From Chloroflexota bacterium (GTDB taxonomy: Bacteria > Chloroflexota > UBA11872), in contig DAOUKN010000314.1 of NCBI GenBank assembly GCA_034421255.1, positions 1 through 37,477 on the forward strand: a stretch of DNA of 37,477 nucleotides. The letters are read 5' to 3'. The notes under the pieces were generated by a model, which made no database searches, had not been told where the DNA came from, and was given only the letters and a program-made list of their open reading frames with translations. Shown piece after piece: positions 10,941 to 19,640 of the stretch. The first letter of the stretch is position 1; each line of letters opens with the position of its first letter. Position numbers and translations under genes: made by a program.

Positions 10941-11132
10941 AGTCCACCATCACCCGACAGCCGGATATCTGTCCGAAAGCATCAAAATCACGTAAAATGC
11001 GCCCGACAAACGCTGTCAGCCACGACTGGTGAGAAGAGACTCATCAACACCGTGATCTTCTCTCCAGTTAATGCCTGCAAATGGAGCTTTCGATTGCAAT
11101 TGCCTGAAGAGCTGTAAGCGGGATGTTGTCCA

Positions 11133-13004
11133 ATGACGCAGAATGAGCGCGAAACACGAACCATCCAACTCGAGAGTTGGGAAGTCGGTGGTGAGCTGCT
11201 AGACGTCTTATCTCGCGGCTTGTATTCAGATGCGAAAGACACGCTAAGAGAATACGTACAGAACGGCGTCGACGCTGGAGCCAAGCACATCCTGATAACC
11301 GTGGACGGGCCCCAGGTAGTTGTCAGAGACGACGGGACCGGAATGGATGACGAAGGCATTCGAGCTGCTCGCAGATTTGGAATGTCCGACAAGAGTCCCC
11401 AAGAAATGGTGGGATACCGTGGAATCGGAATCTATTCTGCCTTTGGCATATGCGAAGAGATGTCGATCACAAGTCGCCGAGAAGGAATGTCACACTTAGT
11501 GGGTTGGAGATTTAAGTTTGGTGAAATGCGGCGTTTGCTTGAGAGCGACAAAGCATCTGATGTCAGGCAAGGAATTGGATTGCCAGATCTATTGCGCGAG
11601 TATACAGAACTATTCACCGAGCCCTACTACGGAAATGTTGATGACCACTTCACCGTCGTCGAGCTTGACGGCATTGATGACGAGTACCGCGCGCAATTGA
11701 ATGACGCCGCAGAGGTAAACAGCTACCTGCTGCGTACGATTCCCGTTGCATTTGAGTCAGAGGGCTATGGAATCGCAGTCAATGAATGGGTCGCAGAGCA
11801 TGTTGGACTGAATCCTGTTCGGATCTCGCTACGGATTGCAGACGACACTGAGTTTGACGTTTTGCCGCCAGTGGCTACAGATGTCTATAGGGCAGAAACA
11901 GACTGGATCAAGGCCCCGGATGGTACAACCCTAGCGTTTGTATGGTACGCCCTTTCCACAAATGGTCGACAGCTTCCTTCGTATGATGGATCGTCAGTGA
12001 GTGGATTCTTACTGAAGATCAGGGGATTCACACTTGGCAATAGGGATTTGCTTAAGCCGCTTTGGCCCGCCGTTGGCGGGCGCACCCTGTATCATCACTA
12101 CACAGGCGAAGTCCACATATTGGGAACTGCGCAACTGTTTCCCAATGCAGCCCGAGATGACCTGGAATCGAGTCCGGCCAAGCAGCAATTTTCGAAATTG
12201 GCATCGGACTTCTTCTATCCTCTGAGCCGTAAGGCACGAACAATGCAAGCCCAAGCTCGCGCTGTCCGTCTTTTGGGTGGCATCGATGCGACGATCGCGC
12301 GGTTCAATGCACTAAGAGATGCACCTGATTCGAATGCGTTCGAACTATACCGGGAGAGTGAAGATTACCGAACTGGCCTAGAAAACGTATATCAGGAGAT
12401 TCGCAGGCACATGAGGAAGCCTCGGGGGCGACCACGCACGCAATTCGACAGTGTCCAGAAGGCTTCGCTAGACGACGTACTTCAGCAGCTACAACAGTCG
12501 ATAAGGCAACTGGGAGGAGTGGTAAAGGGTGCCCAGCGTAGGACTCAGAAGACTGGTGCCCACGGTAACCAACGCTCGACGCAACTGCCGCCGCAAGCTC
12601 TTCTACTAAACAAAGCTCTTGAGGCAACCGTCGCAATGTCGGAGAAGTCAGCGGATATTCGATACAGAGAGGCCGTGGCAGCCTTGAGGCCATTGGTCCG
12701 CATGAGGGCGATTGCACGCGCAGTAGGCGTCCTCGACAACCTCAAGGCCTCGGGTACAGAACTTGGAACAGACCTAGAAGCGTCCAGAAGGGAACTGAGA
12801 TCAGCCATTGGGTGGTCTCCGCTGGCACCAGTCTCACTGGAGGAGGCCCTTGGACAACAGGGAGTATCTCTGGAAGACGATGAGGAAAAACTGATTAGAG
12901 CAGTTGACCGTGGACTAATCGCAGGACTAGGAGGACGAGGAGATGCATATGAAGCAGTCTTGCGGGCCATCGCCGATTCGTTAGCTGAGGAACGGGGGAG
13001 CTAG
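11133..13004 (+). CDS. GHKL-superfamily ATPase (HATPase_c_3 / MORC-MutL-like), paralogue 1
   Basis: 623 aa. Bergerat-fold motifs: N-box REYVQNGVDAG, G1 VRDDGTGM, G2 GYRGIGIYSAFG. The C-terminal half is alignable with the 18039-19640 protein (GEVHIL....PNAARDDLE against GELHIV....PNARRDYFE). Confidence 0.8.
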   Translation: MTQNERETRTIQLESWEVGGELLDVLSRGLYSDAKDTLREYVQNGVDAGAKHILITVDGPQVVVRDDGTGMDDEGIRAARRFGMSDKSPQEMVGYRGIGIYSAFGICEEMSITSRREGMSHLVGWRFKFGEMRRLLESDKASDVRQGIGLPDLLREYTELFTEPYYGNVDDHFTVVELDGIDDEYRAQLNDAAEVNSYLLRTIPVAFESEGYGIAVNEWVAEHVGLNPVRISLRIADDTEFDVLPPVATDVYRAETDWIKAPDGTTLAFVWYALSTNGRQLPSYDGSSVSGFLLKIRGFTLGNRDLLKPLWPAVGGRTLYHHYTGEVHILGTAQLFPNAARDDLESSPAKQQFSKLASDFFYPLSRKARTMQAQARAVRLLGGIDATIARFNALRDAPDSNAFELYRESEDYRTGLENVYQEIRRHMRKPRGRPRTQFDSVQKASLDDVLQQLQQSIRQLGGVVKGAQRRTQKTGAHGNQRSTQLPPQALLLNKALEATVAMSEKSADIRYREAVAALRPLVRMRAIARAVGVLDNLKASGTELGTDLEASRRELRSAIGWSPLAPVSLEEALGQQGVSLEDDEEKLIRAVDRGLIAGLGGRGDAYEAVLRAIADSLAEERGS

Positions 13005-13012
13005 AGGCCGTA

Positions 13013-14011
13013 ATGGCGCCAAGGGGCCGACGGCGGCGGCCAGGTTTTCAATCAAGCCAAGACAAAGACCTAGTTCGAGAAAAGTATGATCTCCCGTTAG
13101 TTGAAGCAGTCGCTCGTCGGAAGGCCGGCCCAATTCGGTACTTTGGACTACCTGGAGTTCAGGCGCTGGATCTACGGAGTTGGGGGCATCTCTGCGAGTA
13201 TGTGGCTGCCGTTGAGGTTTTTCCCGATCAGTTTCAACAGTTGAAACATCAATTGAGGACTCAGTTCGGCACCCTGGACCATCGGGCCCATTTGGGTGAT
13301 GTCGATGAGGTCATTCTGAGAAACGGAGGTCGTAATTCACAATGGACGTTCGTGTCGACGACGTTCCGCGAAGACGTCGGCTTCATATGGGATTTCGATG
13401 TCGTTTATTTGGACTACTATGGGAAGTTCCTTCCGTACAATAGAGGCGGTCCCGGAGTGCAGAAAAGAGCACGTGCCTTGCGACACCTATTCGCTTCGGA
13501 CCGACAGAACGCATGGCAGCCATGGCTCCTTATCCTTACAGTCGAGTCTCGGCTCTTCGGACCGCAAGACAGAAGCCAGATGCGTCAATTCCTAACAGTG
13601 TCCAAGGAACAAGCCGACGAGGAGACAGGAACCATAATCGACTACCTCTTGTCTGAAGCTGGAACCGCGACTGACCAGGCAGCAAGATTGGTACATGGTA
13701 CCCTCAGCTACATCATTGCCCTGGCAGCGAGCAATTCTGATGTGAGCATCTCACCCAGACCTACTGTCCTGTACCGCGGCGGGAACAACACACCCATGCT
13801 TCATTTCGCCTATGAAATGAGCCCTTCAGATCTGTTGTCCGGCTATAGTTCGGTTCTACCGCTGCTAAGGTCTCCCTTTCTACGCGTACGCCACGATTAT
13901 GCCGAGCCATGGTTTCAGTTGTTGCCTTCTCAACCACCCGGACAGACAGAGTCTGATCTACGGGCAACGTTGGATTTCCTGGACGACCGACAAATCAAGC
14001 AAATCGTATAG
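13013..14011 (+). CDS. Hypothetical protein, weak Rossmann/methyltransferase-like pattern
   Basis: 332 aa, starting 9 nt after the GHKL-1 stop. The pattern YFGLPG ... AAVE ... GDVDE ... FDVVYLDYYG ... LLILTVE is reminiscent of SAM-MTase strand order, but no canonical DPPY/NPPY or PC motif is present. Confidence 0.55.
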   Translation: MAPRGRRRRPGFQSSQDKDLVREKYDLPLVEAVARRKAGPIRYFGLPGVQALDLRSWGHLCEYVAAVEVFPDQFQQLKHQLRTQFGTLDHRAHLGDVDEVILRNGGRNSQWTFVSTTFREDVGFIWDFDVVYLDYYGKFLPYNRGGPGVQKRARALRHLFASDRQNAWQPWLLILTVESRLFGPQDRSQMRQFLTVSKEQADEETGTIIDYLLSEAGTATDQAARLVHGTLSYIIALAASNSDVSISPRPTVLYRGGNNTPMLHFAYEMSPSDLLSGYSSVLPLLRSPFLRVRHDYAEPWFQLLPSQPPGQTESDLRATLDFLDDRQIKQIV

Positions 14012-14037
14012 GGTCCTTCCCAAGCGATCAGCACAAT

Positions 14038-15045
14038 TCACCCTCTACTCTGCCTCTCGATACGCTTAACTGCTTCTCGAATTTTACGAAGCTCGAAGAG
14101 GCACTTCTTGCGTTGCTCTACATCCATGTCTTTCATATCAGGAATCAGATCCCTATCTAGAAGTCCCTTGCGAAATCTCTTGAAGCGGTTAAGCCACATG
14201 TTGTCGACGCCACGATCCCTAGCGCTTTCGAATGCTCGTTCAAACGTCCCTTCCCCGGACATCAGGATCTTGATTGGCTGAGGGCCTGCTTTGGCAACAT
14301 CAAGAACCTTGACCAGTTTATCCCTGACGTCTCTTGCCGTTTCAATTTCGTTGCTCTTGATCTTCTTGACAACCACGTCATCCAAACCCGGGTTCCTCTG
14401 GCGAGCCTTCTTTACAGCGTTTGACTTTAAGTACTCGTCGTAATAGCTCCATCTATTTACATCGTTCTCGTCGTGATCAACCATGAATTGGTACGTGCTC
14501 ACAAGGTGATTCACGAGTCGACTTGAAAGACCCATTTCTTCAGACATAGTTTGAACACTGACGCCGTGCATGGCATTGCGGCGATATAGGTAACCTGCTT
14601 GCTCGAACGGTGCCCAGTCCTTCCGTCCGATGATGTGGTACTCGCCGAGCAGTGCAAATACAAGCTTCTCGCTTATGTCCGCGGGCAGCAGCCGCACTTT
14701 GGCTTTGCCCCACCGCACAGCATCTAATCTAGCAAGTTCACGATATGCAGCGAGTCTGCTGTTCCCCTCAAGTACTACAAGGTCACCACTCCTCACCAAC
14801 ATGGGGTCCGTAAGGCCACCGTTTGCCCTTATTGATTGGATGAGTTGTTTGACGTGATCCATTCTGTTCAGCCGCTTGTGAATCTCTTCTTGAGACGGCA
14901 CATCATGCTGCCTCTGTATGAACGAGTAAATCCTCGGGTTATCGGAATAGAAACTCAGATCAAGGACAGGAAGGTACCCGCTTTTGACCGGCACCTCCTG
15001 ACCTCCAAGTGTGAGGGAGTCGTCGACCCACGCGTAATCGGTCAT
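14038..15045 (-). CDS. ParB/Sulfiredoxin-domain protein, paralogue 1
   Basis: ATG at 15045 with GGGAGG 8 nt upstream (the ORF track gives TTG at 15048). ParB N-terminal box DPMLVRSGDLVVLEGNSRLAAY, then WAPFEQAGYLY. Last gene of the minus-strand operon. Confidence 0.75.
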   Translation of the reverse strand: MTDYAWVDDSLTLGGQEVPVKSGYLPVLDLSFYSDNPRIYSFIQRQHDVPSQEEIHKRLNRMDHVKQLIQSIRANGGLTDPMLVRSGDLVVLEGNSRLAAYRELARLDAVRWGKAKVRLLPADISEKLVFALLGEYHIIGRKDWAPFEQAGYLYRRNAMHGVSVQTMSEEMGLSSRLVNHLVSTYQFMVDHDENDVNRWSYYDEYLKSNAVKKARQRNPGLDDVVVKKIKSNEIETARDVRDKLVKVLDVAKAGPQPIKILMSGEGTFERAFESARDRGVDNMWLNRFKRFRKGLLDRDLIPDMKDMDVEQRKKCLFELRKIREAVKRIERQSRG

Positions 15046-15066
15046 CAAATGTGCCTCCCAACTGGC

Positions 15067-16536
15067 CTATGCATTCAATATGGCCCGCAGAATTCCCCCA
15101 AATTCATAGGACATCTCCTTCCGATAGGCCTCCCTGTCGATATCTCCCTGTGCGAACTGTGCTGCTACGCGTTTCGAGTGAAGCAACGCTTCAATCCACT
15201 CGTCAATTGAGTCGCGCATAATCAGGTTATGGACGTGGCATACCCTATCCTGGGATATCCGATGGACCCTGTCCTGAGCCTGCAGATAGTCGTCCAAACT
15301 GAACATCCGGTCGTAGAAGACAACGTGGTTCGCCACGGTCAGAGTCAGGCCTTCCTTTGCCGAGCCTGGTGTGGCAATGAACACCTTGGCACTTGGCTCA
15401 TCAAGAAAGGTCCGAATTGCATCGGACTGCTCCCTTGTGCTCAGCATGCCGTGGACCTGCTGCGGGCTGTGCTGGCGCAGAACTTTCGCCAGCCACTGGA
15501 CGTTCTCTACGAAGGACGTCCAGACAATACACTTCTCACCACCCTTGACTATCGAAGAGACCACCTCCAGCAGAGTCTCAAGCTTCCCGGGCTCAACCTG
15601 GTAGCTCGGATCAACCAAGGTGGGATTCGACGTGAGCTGTACGAGCCGGAGTAGGCGCTTCAACACCACGTCCGACTCGTCGGCCACGAGCTTTCCGTCC
15701 CGGAAGATGATAGCTCGGAGAGACTCCCTTACTTGTCGGTAAATCTCTCGCTGCCTCGGTTCCCATTCGGTCACCACAGAATGCACGACTTTCTCAGGCA
15801 AGCTTATCTTGGCACTTGCCTTAGTCTCCCTCACGGCAAAACCCGAGATTGAGTGAAATATGCGCTGCAGCTGAGTCTCTAGAGCCTTCTGCCGGCTATT
15901 GGCCCCGGCTAGGTCGGCTGACAGGTTCACTGAGCGCTTGAATTCTCCGAAATCGTCTCCAAGCGATGCACCGGAGTCGAGGAATTTGATCTGCGACCAG
16001 ATGTCGTGTGGGCGATTCGACACCGGGGTTCCGGACATTATCACTCGCCTAGTGAACATTGGCGCGAGACCGAGGAACACGCGGGTAAGAGCAGCGTCGG
16101 GGTTCTTGATCTTGGTGGACTCGTCGAGTATCACTCCGACATTCCTAGTCTTTAGAAACAAGTGCATTCGTTCCTCTTCGGCTCTCACGGCCTCATAGTG
16201 AGCGAGCATGACCCGAGCGGGACTGTTGAAAACATAGAAGTTTCCACTACGGCTCGTGGTCAGGACTCGAGGAACGAGTTGAGAGTGAGAAGCGAGTTCG
16301 TTCTGCCAGTTGTTGAGAAGTCCCTTCTTGACAACGATCAATGCTGTGTCCAATAACCGGTGCGACAGCCAGTAGACTATTAGGTCTATTGCAACCTTTG
16401 TCTTGCCCAACCCCTGCTCATGAAATATGGCAGCGTACTCAAGATCCTTGACGGCATCAACAGCCTCCAACTGGTATGCGAACGCCTGGTGTTTCAGGGT
16501 TAGGTCTGGCTCCCTCTTTAGTGTCAGCTTCTGCAT
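15067..16536 (-). CDS. SNF2-family helicase/translocase
   Basis: 489 aa. Motif I EQGLGKTKVAI, motif II VILDESTKIKN. C-lobe EGLTLTVANHVVFYD and motif VI QAQDRVHRISQDR. The start overlaps the upstream nuclease gene by 13 nt. Confidence 0.9.
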   Translation of the reverse strand: MQKLTLKREPDLTLKHQAFAYQLEAVDAVKDLEYAAIFHEQGLGKTKVAIDLIVYWLSHRLLDTALIVVKKGLLNNWQNELASHSQLVPRVLTTSRSGNFYVFNSPARVMLAHYEAVRAEEERMHLFLKTRNVGVILDESTKIKNPDAALTRVFLGLAPMFTRRVIMSGTPVSNRPHDIWSQIKFLDSGASLGDDFGEFKRSVNLSADLAGANSRQKALETQLQRIFHSISGFAVRETKASAKISLPEKVVHSVVTEWEPRQREIYRQVRESLRAIIFRDGKLVADESDVVLKRLLRLVQLTSNPTLVDPSYQVEPGKLETLLEVVSSIVKGGEKCIVWTSFVENVQWLAKVLRQHSPQQVHGMLSTREQSDAIRTFLDEPSAKVFIATPGSAKEGLTLTVANHVVFYDRMFSLDDYLQAQDRVHRISQDRVCHVHNLIMRDSIDEWIEALLHSKRVAAQFAQGDIDREAYRKEMSYEFGGILRAILNA

Positions 16537-16979
16537 TGATCCGACCTACGTGAAGATTTTGTTGCATTCAGCCGATTCATTTCGGACAGAACGACGGTTT
16601 CAAATTGAGGCAATCCGACTCCGGCTCGAAAGTTTGCGAGTAATTTCCCCGCGAGTCGCTCAATGGGCCAGGGCACTGCCAGTATGAAGACAGAGCCGTC
16701 CGCCATCCCACATCTTCTTAGGAATGCTGTGACTTGAGCCTCCGTGTGCGAGTTCTCCAGGTCCGCCATACTCTTGGCTTCTCCAATGACCACTCGTCCC
16801 TGTTCGTCGAGCATGATATAGGCATCAGGTACGTACCCTTCGATGGGAGGTGGGCGATGCGTCGATTGACTCCCTACGGAGTCGGTAAGGACACGTTCTC
16901 CCCGACCTTCACAGAATCTCTCCGAGATATATCTGTGGAGTATGGCAACCAAGTTCGCGTGTTCCATTGATTCAGGCAT
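16524..16979 (-). CDS. PD-(D/E)xK restriction-endonuclease-fold protein
   Basis: 151 aa. GYVPDAYIMLDEQGRVVIGEAKS gives the PD...E-A-K catalytic pattern. Overlaps both neighbours: 8 nt with ParB-2 and 13 nt with SNF2. Confidence 0.65.
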   Translation of the reverse strand: MPESMEHANLVAILHRYISERFCEGRGERVLTDSVGSQSTHRPPPIEGYVPDAYIMLDEQGRVVIGEAKSMADLENSHTEAQVTAFLRRCGMADGSVFILAVPWPIERLAGKLLANFRAGVGLPQFETVVLSEMNRLNATKSSRRSDQCRS

Positions 16980-18000
16980 TGGTGGTGGACGGCGAGGCGA
17001 TGAGCCTACAGAGTTCAGCCAACTGATCCCTGGCGTCGGTTAGAGCGAGATTCTCAGGAGTATTGAGGTCTTCGCGAAGGCGAAGCAAGTCAGCGTAAGC
17101 CATCTTGGCTATTCGATTCGATAACGCGTCGGTCAATTGGACCAATGTGGCGTCCTCCAAGGCCTCAACCGTCGAGGGGCTGTCCAGCACTTTTTCGGCC
17201 TCACGCGCTCCGTGTGTAAGAAACACACGCTGGGCCTGTGGATTGCCGAGGATCGCGGGGAGTTTTCTGACACGGTCACTCGGATACAGAATCTGATCTT
17301 TAACCCACCCGGCGAAGTCTTTCTTCGTGTAGCCTGAGGTTACGAGAGCTTCCTGCACTCTTGGGGCTTGCATTTCAAGAAAGGCGCTGAACCGCGTCGG
17401 ATCAAACTGATCGTCACTTGCGAGAAGAGTTCGGTAATGGTCCTCCATGTCGTTGTAGGCGTCGATGAATCGGTGCACCTCGGTCCTCTGCCCGCCGCAG
17501 AAATCGATAATCTGATCCGTTGTCAGGTGCTCCGAGTTGCTGAGATAGTCGAGGTACTTGGCCTTGGAGTAAGGGTCCCACTGCCTCGGACCAACTAGGT
17601 GAGCTTGGAGCCGAATGGCATCAATTTCCTTTTTGTCAAGCCGGTCGTAGACGATCGCTGGGATTTCGTCCCATCTACCACTATCATCGTCCCGTCTGAA
17701 CTGGCGGTAGATCAGGGCACGGGTATTCCCCTCGATGACAACTAGCCTATTCACGGTTTCTCGGTTGACCAGAATGGGATGGATTAGCCCGCCATGCGTC
17801 CTGATCGACGCCCTTAAGCTCTGAAAGGTGGTCGTACTCTCTCCTTGCTCGTAGTTGGCAGCTCCAAGTGCAAGACTCATCTGTTCATTGGTTACGTCTC
17901 CACCATACATCTCAATGTAGCGCGCCACCCGTGGATTGGACGCATCGAGCACAAGCGTCTCGACCGGAAGTGCCTCAAATTGACCGTTGCCTGCAGCCAT
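16972..18000 (-). CDS. ParB/Sulfiredoxin-domain protein, paralogue 2
   Basis: ATG at 18000 with GAGGAGG 6 nt upstream (the ORF track gives 18018). ParB box HPILVNRETVNRLVVIEGNTRALIY, then WDPYSKAKYLDY. Collinear with the 14038-15045 protein. Confidence 0.75.
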   Translation of the reverse strand: MAAGNGQFEALPVETLVLDASNPRVARYIEMYGGDVTNEQMSLALGAANYEQGESTTTFQSLRASIRTHGGLIHPILVNRETVNRLVVIEGNTRALIYRQFRRDDDSGRWDEIPAIVYDRLDKKEIDAIRLQAHLVGPRQWDPYSKAKYLDYLSNSEHLTTDQIIDFCGGQRTEVHRFIDAYNDMEDHYRTLLASDDQFDPTRFSAFLEMQAPRVQEALVTSGYTKKDFAGWVKDQILYPSDRVRKLPAILGNPQAQRVFLTHGAREAEKVLDSPSTVEALEDATLVQLTDALSNRIAKMAYADLLRLREDLNTPENLALTDARDQLAELCRLIASPSTTNA

Positions 18001-18038
18001 GCTGTACCTCCTCAGCAAACATCAGCCGAACGGGGACC

Positions 18039-19640
18039 CTAGCTCGGCATCGGTGCGCCAGTGTCATCAAGTGTCAGCCGGGCCTGAGAATCATTCACAG
18101 CCCCTTGGTCGGGATCTTCGGCTGAACCATCTCGCCCCACCCTGGAGGCTTCTGCGAACACGATCTCAATCAGTTCTCTCGCGGATCCCGGTGAGGGCGC
18201 GAGAGTCGCTAATGCCCCAAATAGTTTTCTGTACACAACAGCCTCTGCGTGAGGCACGTCGCCGAACTGCTGCGGATCGGTCCCGACTGAAAAGTTGTTC
18301 AGCTTGTCTTCCGCACTATCTAGCCTCTCAAGAGTGCCATTGTCGAGTTTTCTTTTACCGACGCTGTTGCGAATCTCCTCCACTTCCCGCAATGCTTGCC
18401 GAACCAAACCGGTCGAGTCCCTTGAGGTGAGATAGCCGGACGTCGCTAGGGCATAGAGGTCCTCGACATTGCTCAGTGCAGCGAGCATCTTCCTAGCACG
18501 GTTGCGAGCCGTGGACTCCCGCCTGCACCGCGTGACGATGCTGCGCAGAATAGGTATCAAATGGTTCTCGAGGTTACGCAGATGGGGTCCGAGTTCAAAG
18601 TAGTCACGCCTGGCGTTGGGAATGATTCGTGAGTCCACGATGTGCAGTTCGCCCACACACCATCGGTTGAAGCGTTCCTCTGAAAAAAGGTGGTCGAACA
18701 CTGCTTCGCTACCAATCTGAATATTCCCCACCCTGGCCCTGATGCCACGCACTCGCTGGTTTTTTGGGATCGCGCTCAGGTAAGATGAATGTGCGACCCA
18801 GCCAATGGCCGCATCACCAGTGTCGTCGACGCTAGGTATGCGGACTGCCTGAAACTCAGTATATTCGGCATTCCTATTTGCCGAGAGTTGGATTGATTTC
18901 CCGTATGGTCTCTTTACCGGGCCAGGATCTCCTTTCAACAGTACTTCAAATGTGAGCGGTGCTTCAGCGTGATGGAACAGCCCTTCGACACTGTCGGCAA
19001 AGGGGAAGTTTGAGCGCATGGGAACCGGGCACGCTTCGCTCACATAGTCGCGCACCGCGTCGCGATTGAGCAGCAATCCCGTGGAGTGACGCGCCACGTC
19101 TCCAACTTCGACCTCAAAGAAGTGCTCAGGATGATCCGGCCCTGGCAGGGACTCCACGTCGACGCAGCCAAGAATGGCATCTTCAAGCTTTAACTTCGAG
19201 GAAGTCAGCTGCGGAAGCCGGTCGCTATGCCATGTGATTCGGGTTACAACCTCAGCCTCGTGGGCGCGTGTGGTGAATGAAACCGTCTTCGCGAAGGCGA
19301 GGCCGGCGAGCCTTCCGACGCCACGGAATCCCCTGTCTATTCCCAGTGTCTTGTCACTTCGTCCAATGGGCAAGAGCCGCTCAAGCGCATCTTCGGGAGA
19401 CAGGCCCGGACCGTTATCTCGAATCCTGATCCGGCGTTCAGCGACATCGATCGTGATTTCTACCCTCGCTCTTCGGGATAGCCCACTCGTCGCGGCAGCA
19501 TCGGCCGCATTTTGTATGTACTCCCTGTACATGGACAGCGGGTCGTGGTACATCCCGGTTGTCACAAGGCCGAGAAGGCCTGCACCCGAGAGCATAGACG
19601 TTTTCTGAGCGTCGAGCGGATTAGTGATGTCCGTAATCAA
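18039..19640 (-). CDS. GHKL-superfamily ATPase (HATPase_c_3 / MORC-MutL-like), paralogue 2
   Basis: 533 aa. N-box REYIQNAADAA, G1 IRDNGPGL, G2 GFRGVGRLAGLAF. The TTG start overlaps the radical SAM stop (TTGA), so the two are probably translationally coupled. Confidence 0.8.
   Translation of the reverse strand: MITDITNPLDAQKTSMLSGAGLLGLVTTGMYHDPLSMYREYIQNAADAAATSGLSRRARVEITIDVAERRIRIRDNGPGLSPEDALERLLPIGRSDKTLGIDRGFRGVGRLAGLAFAKTVSFTTRAHEAEVVTRITWHSDRLPQLTSSKLKLEDAILGCVDVESLPGPDHPEHFFEVEVGDVARHSTGLLLNRDAVRDYVSEACPVPMRSNFPFADSVEGLFHHAEAPLTFEVLLKGDPGPVKRPYGKSIQLSANRNAEYTEFQAVRIPSVDDTGDAAIGWVAHSSYLSAIPKNQRVRGIRARVGNIQIGSEAVFDHLFSEERFNRWCVGELHIVDSRIIPNARRDYFELGPHLRNLENHLIPILRSIVTRCRRESTARNRARKMLAALSNVEDLYALATSGYLTSRDSTGLVRQALREVEEIRNSVGKRKLDNGTLERLDSAEDKLNNFSVGTDPQQFGDVPHAEAVVYRKLFGALATLAPSPGSARELIEIVFAEASRVGRDGSAEDPDQGAVNDSQARLTLDDTGAPMPS

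Noticed and set aside
10940-11132. Promoter or operator for the plus-strand GHKL gene (TAAAAT near 10990, GAGAAGA/TCTTCTC inverted repeat at 11031-11062) and possible att-like words shared with 21600-21700.
   Set aside because: The -35 partner is poor, the hairpin stem is only 7 bp, and the junction similarities are 5-6 nt words that could occur by chance.
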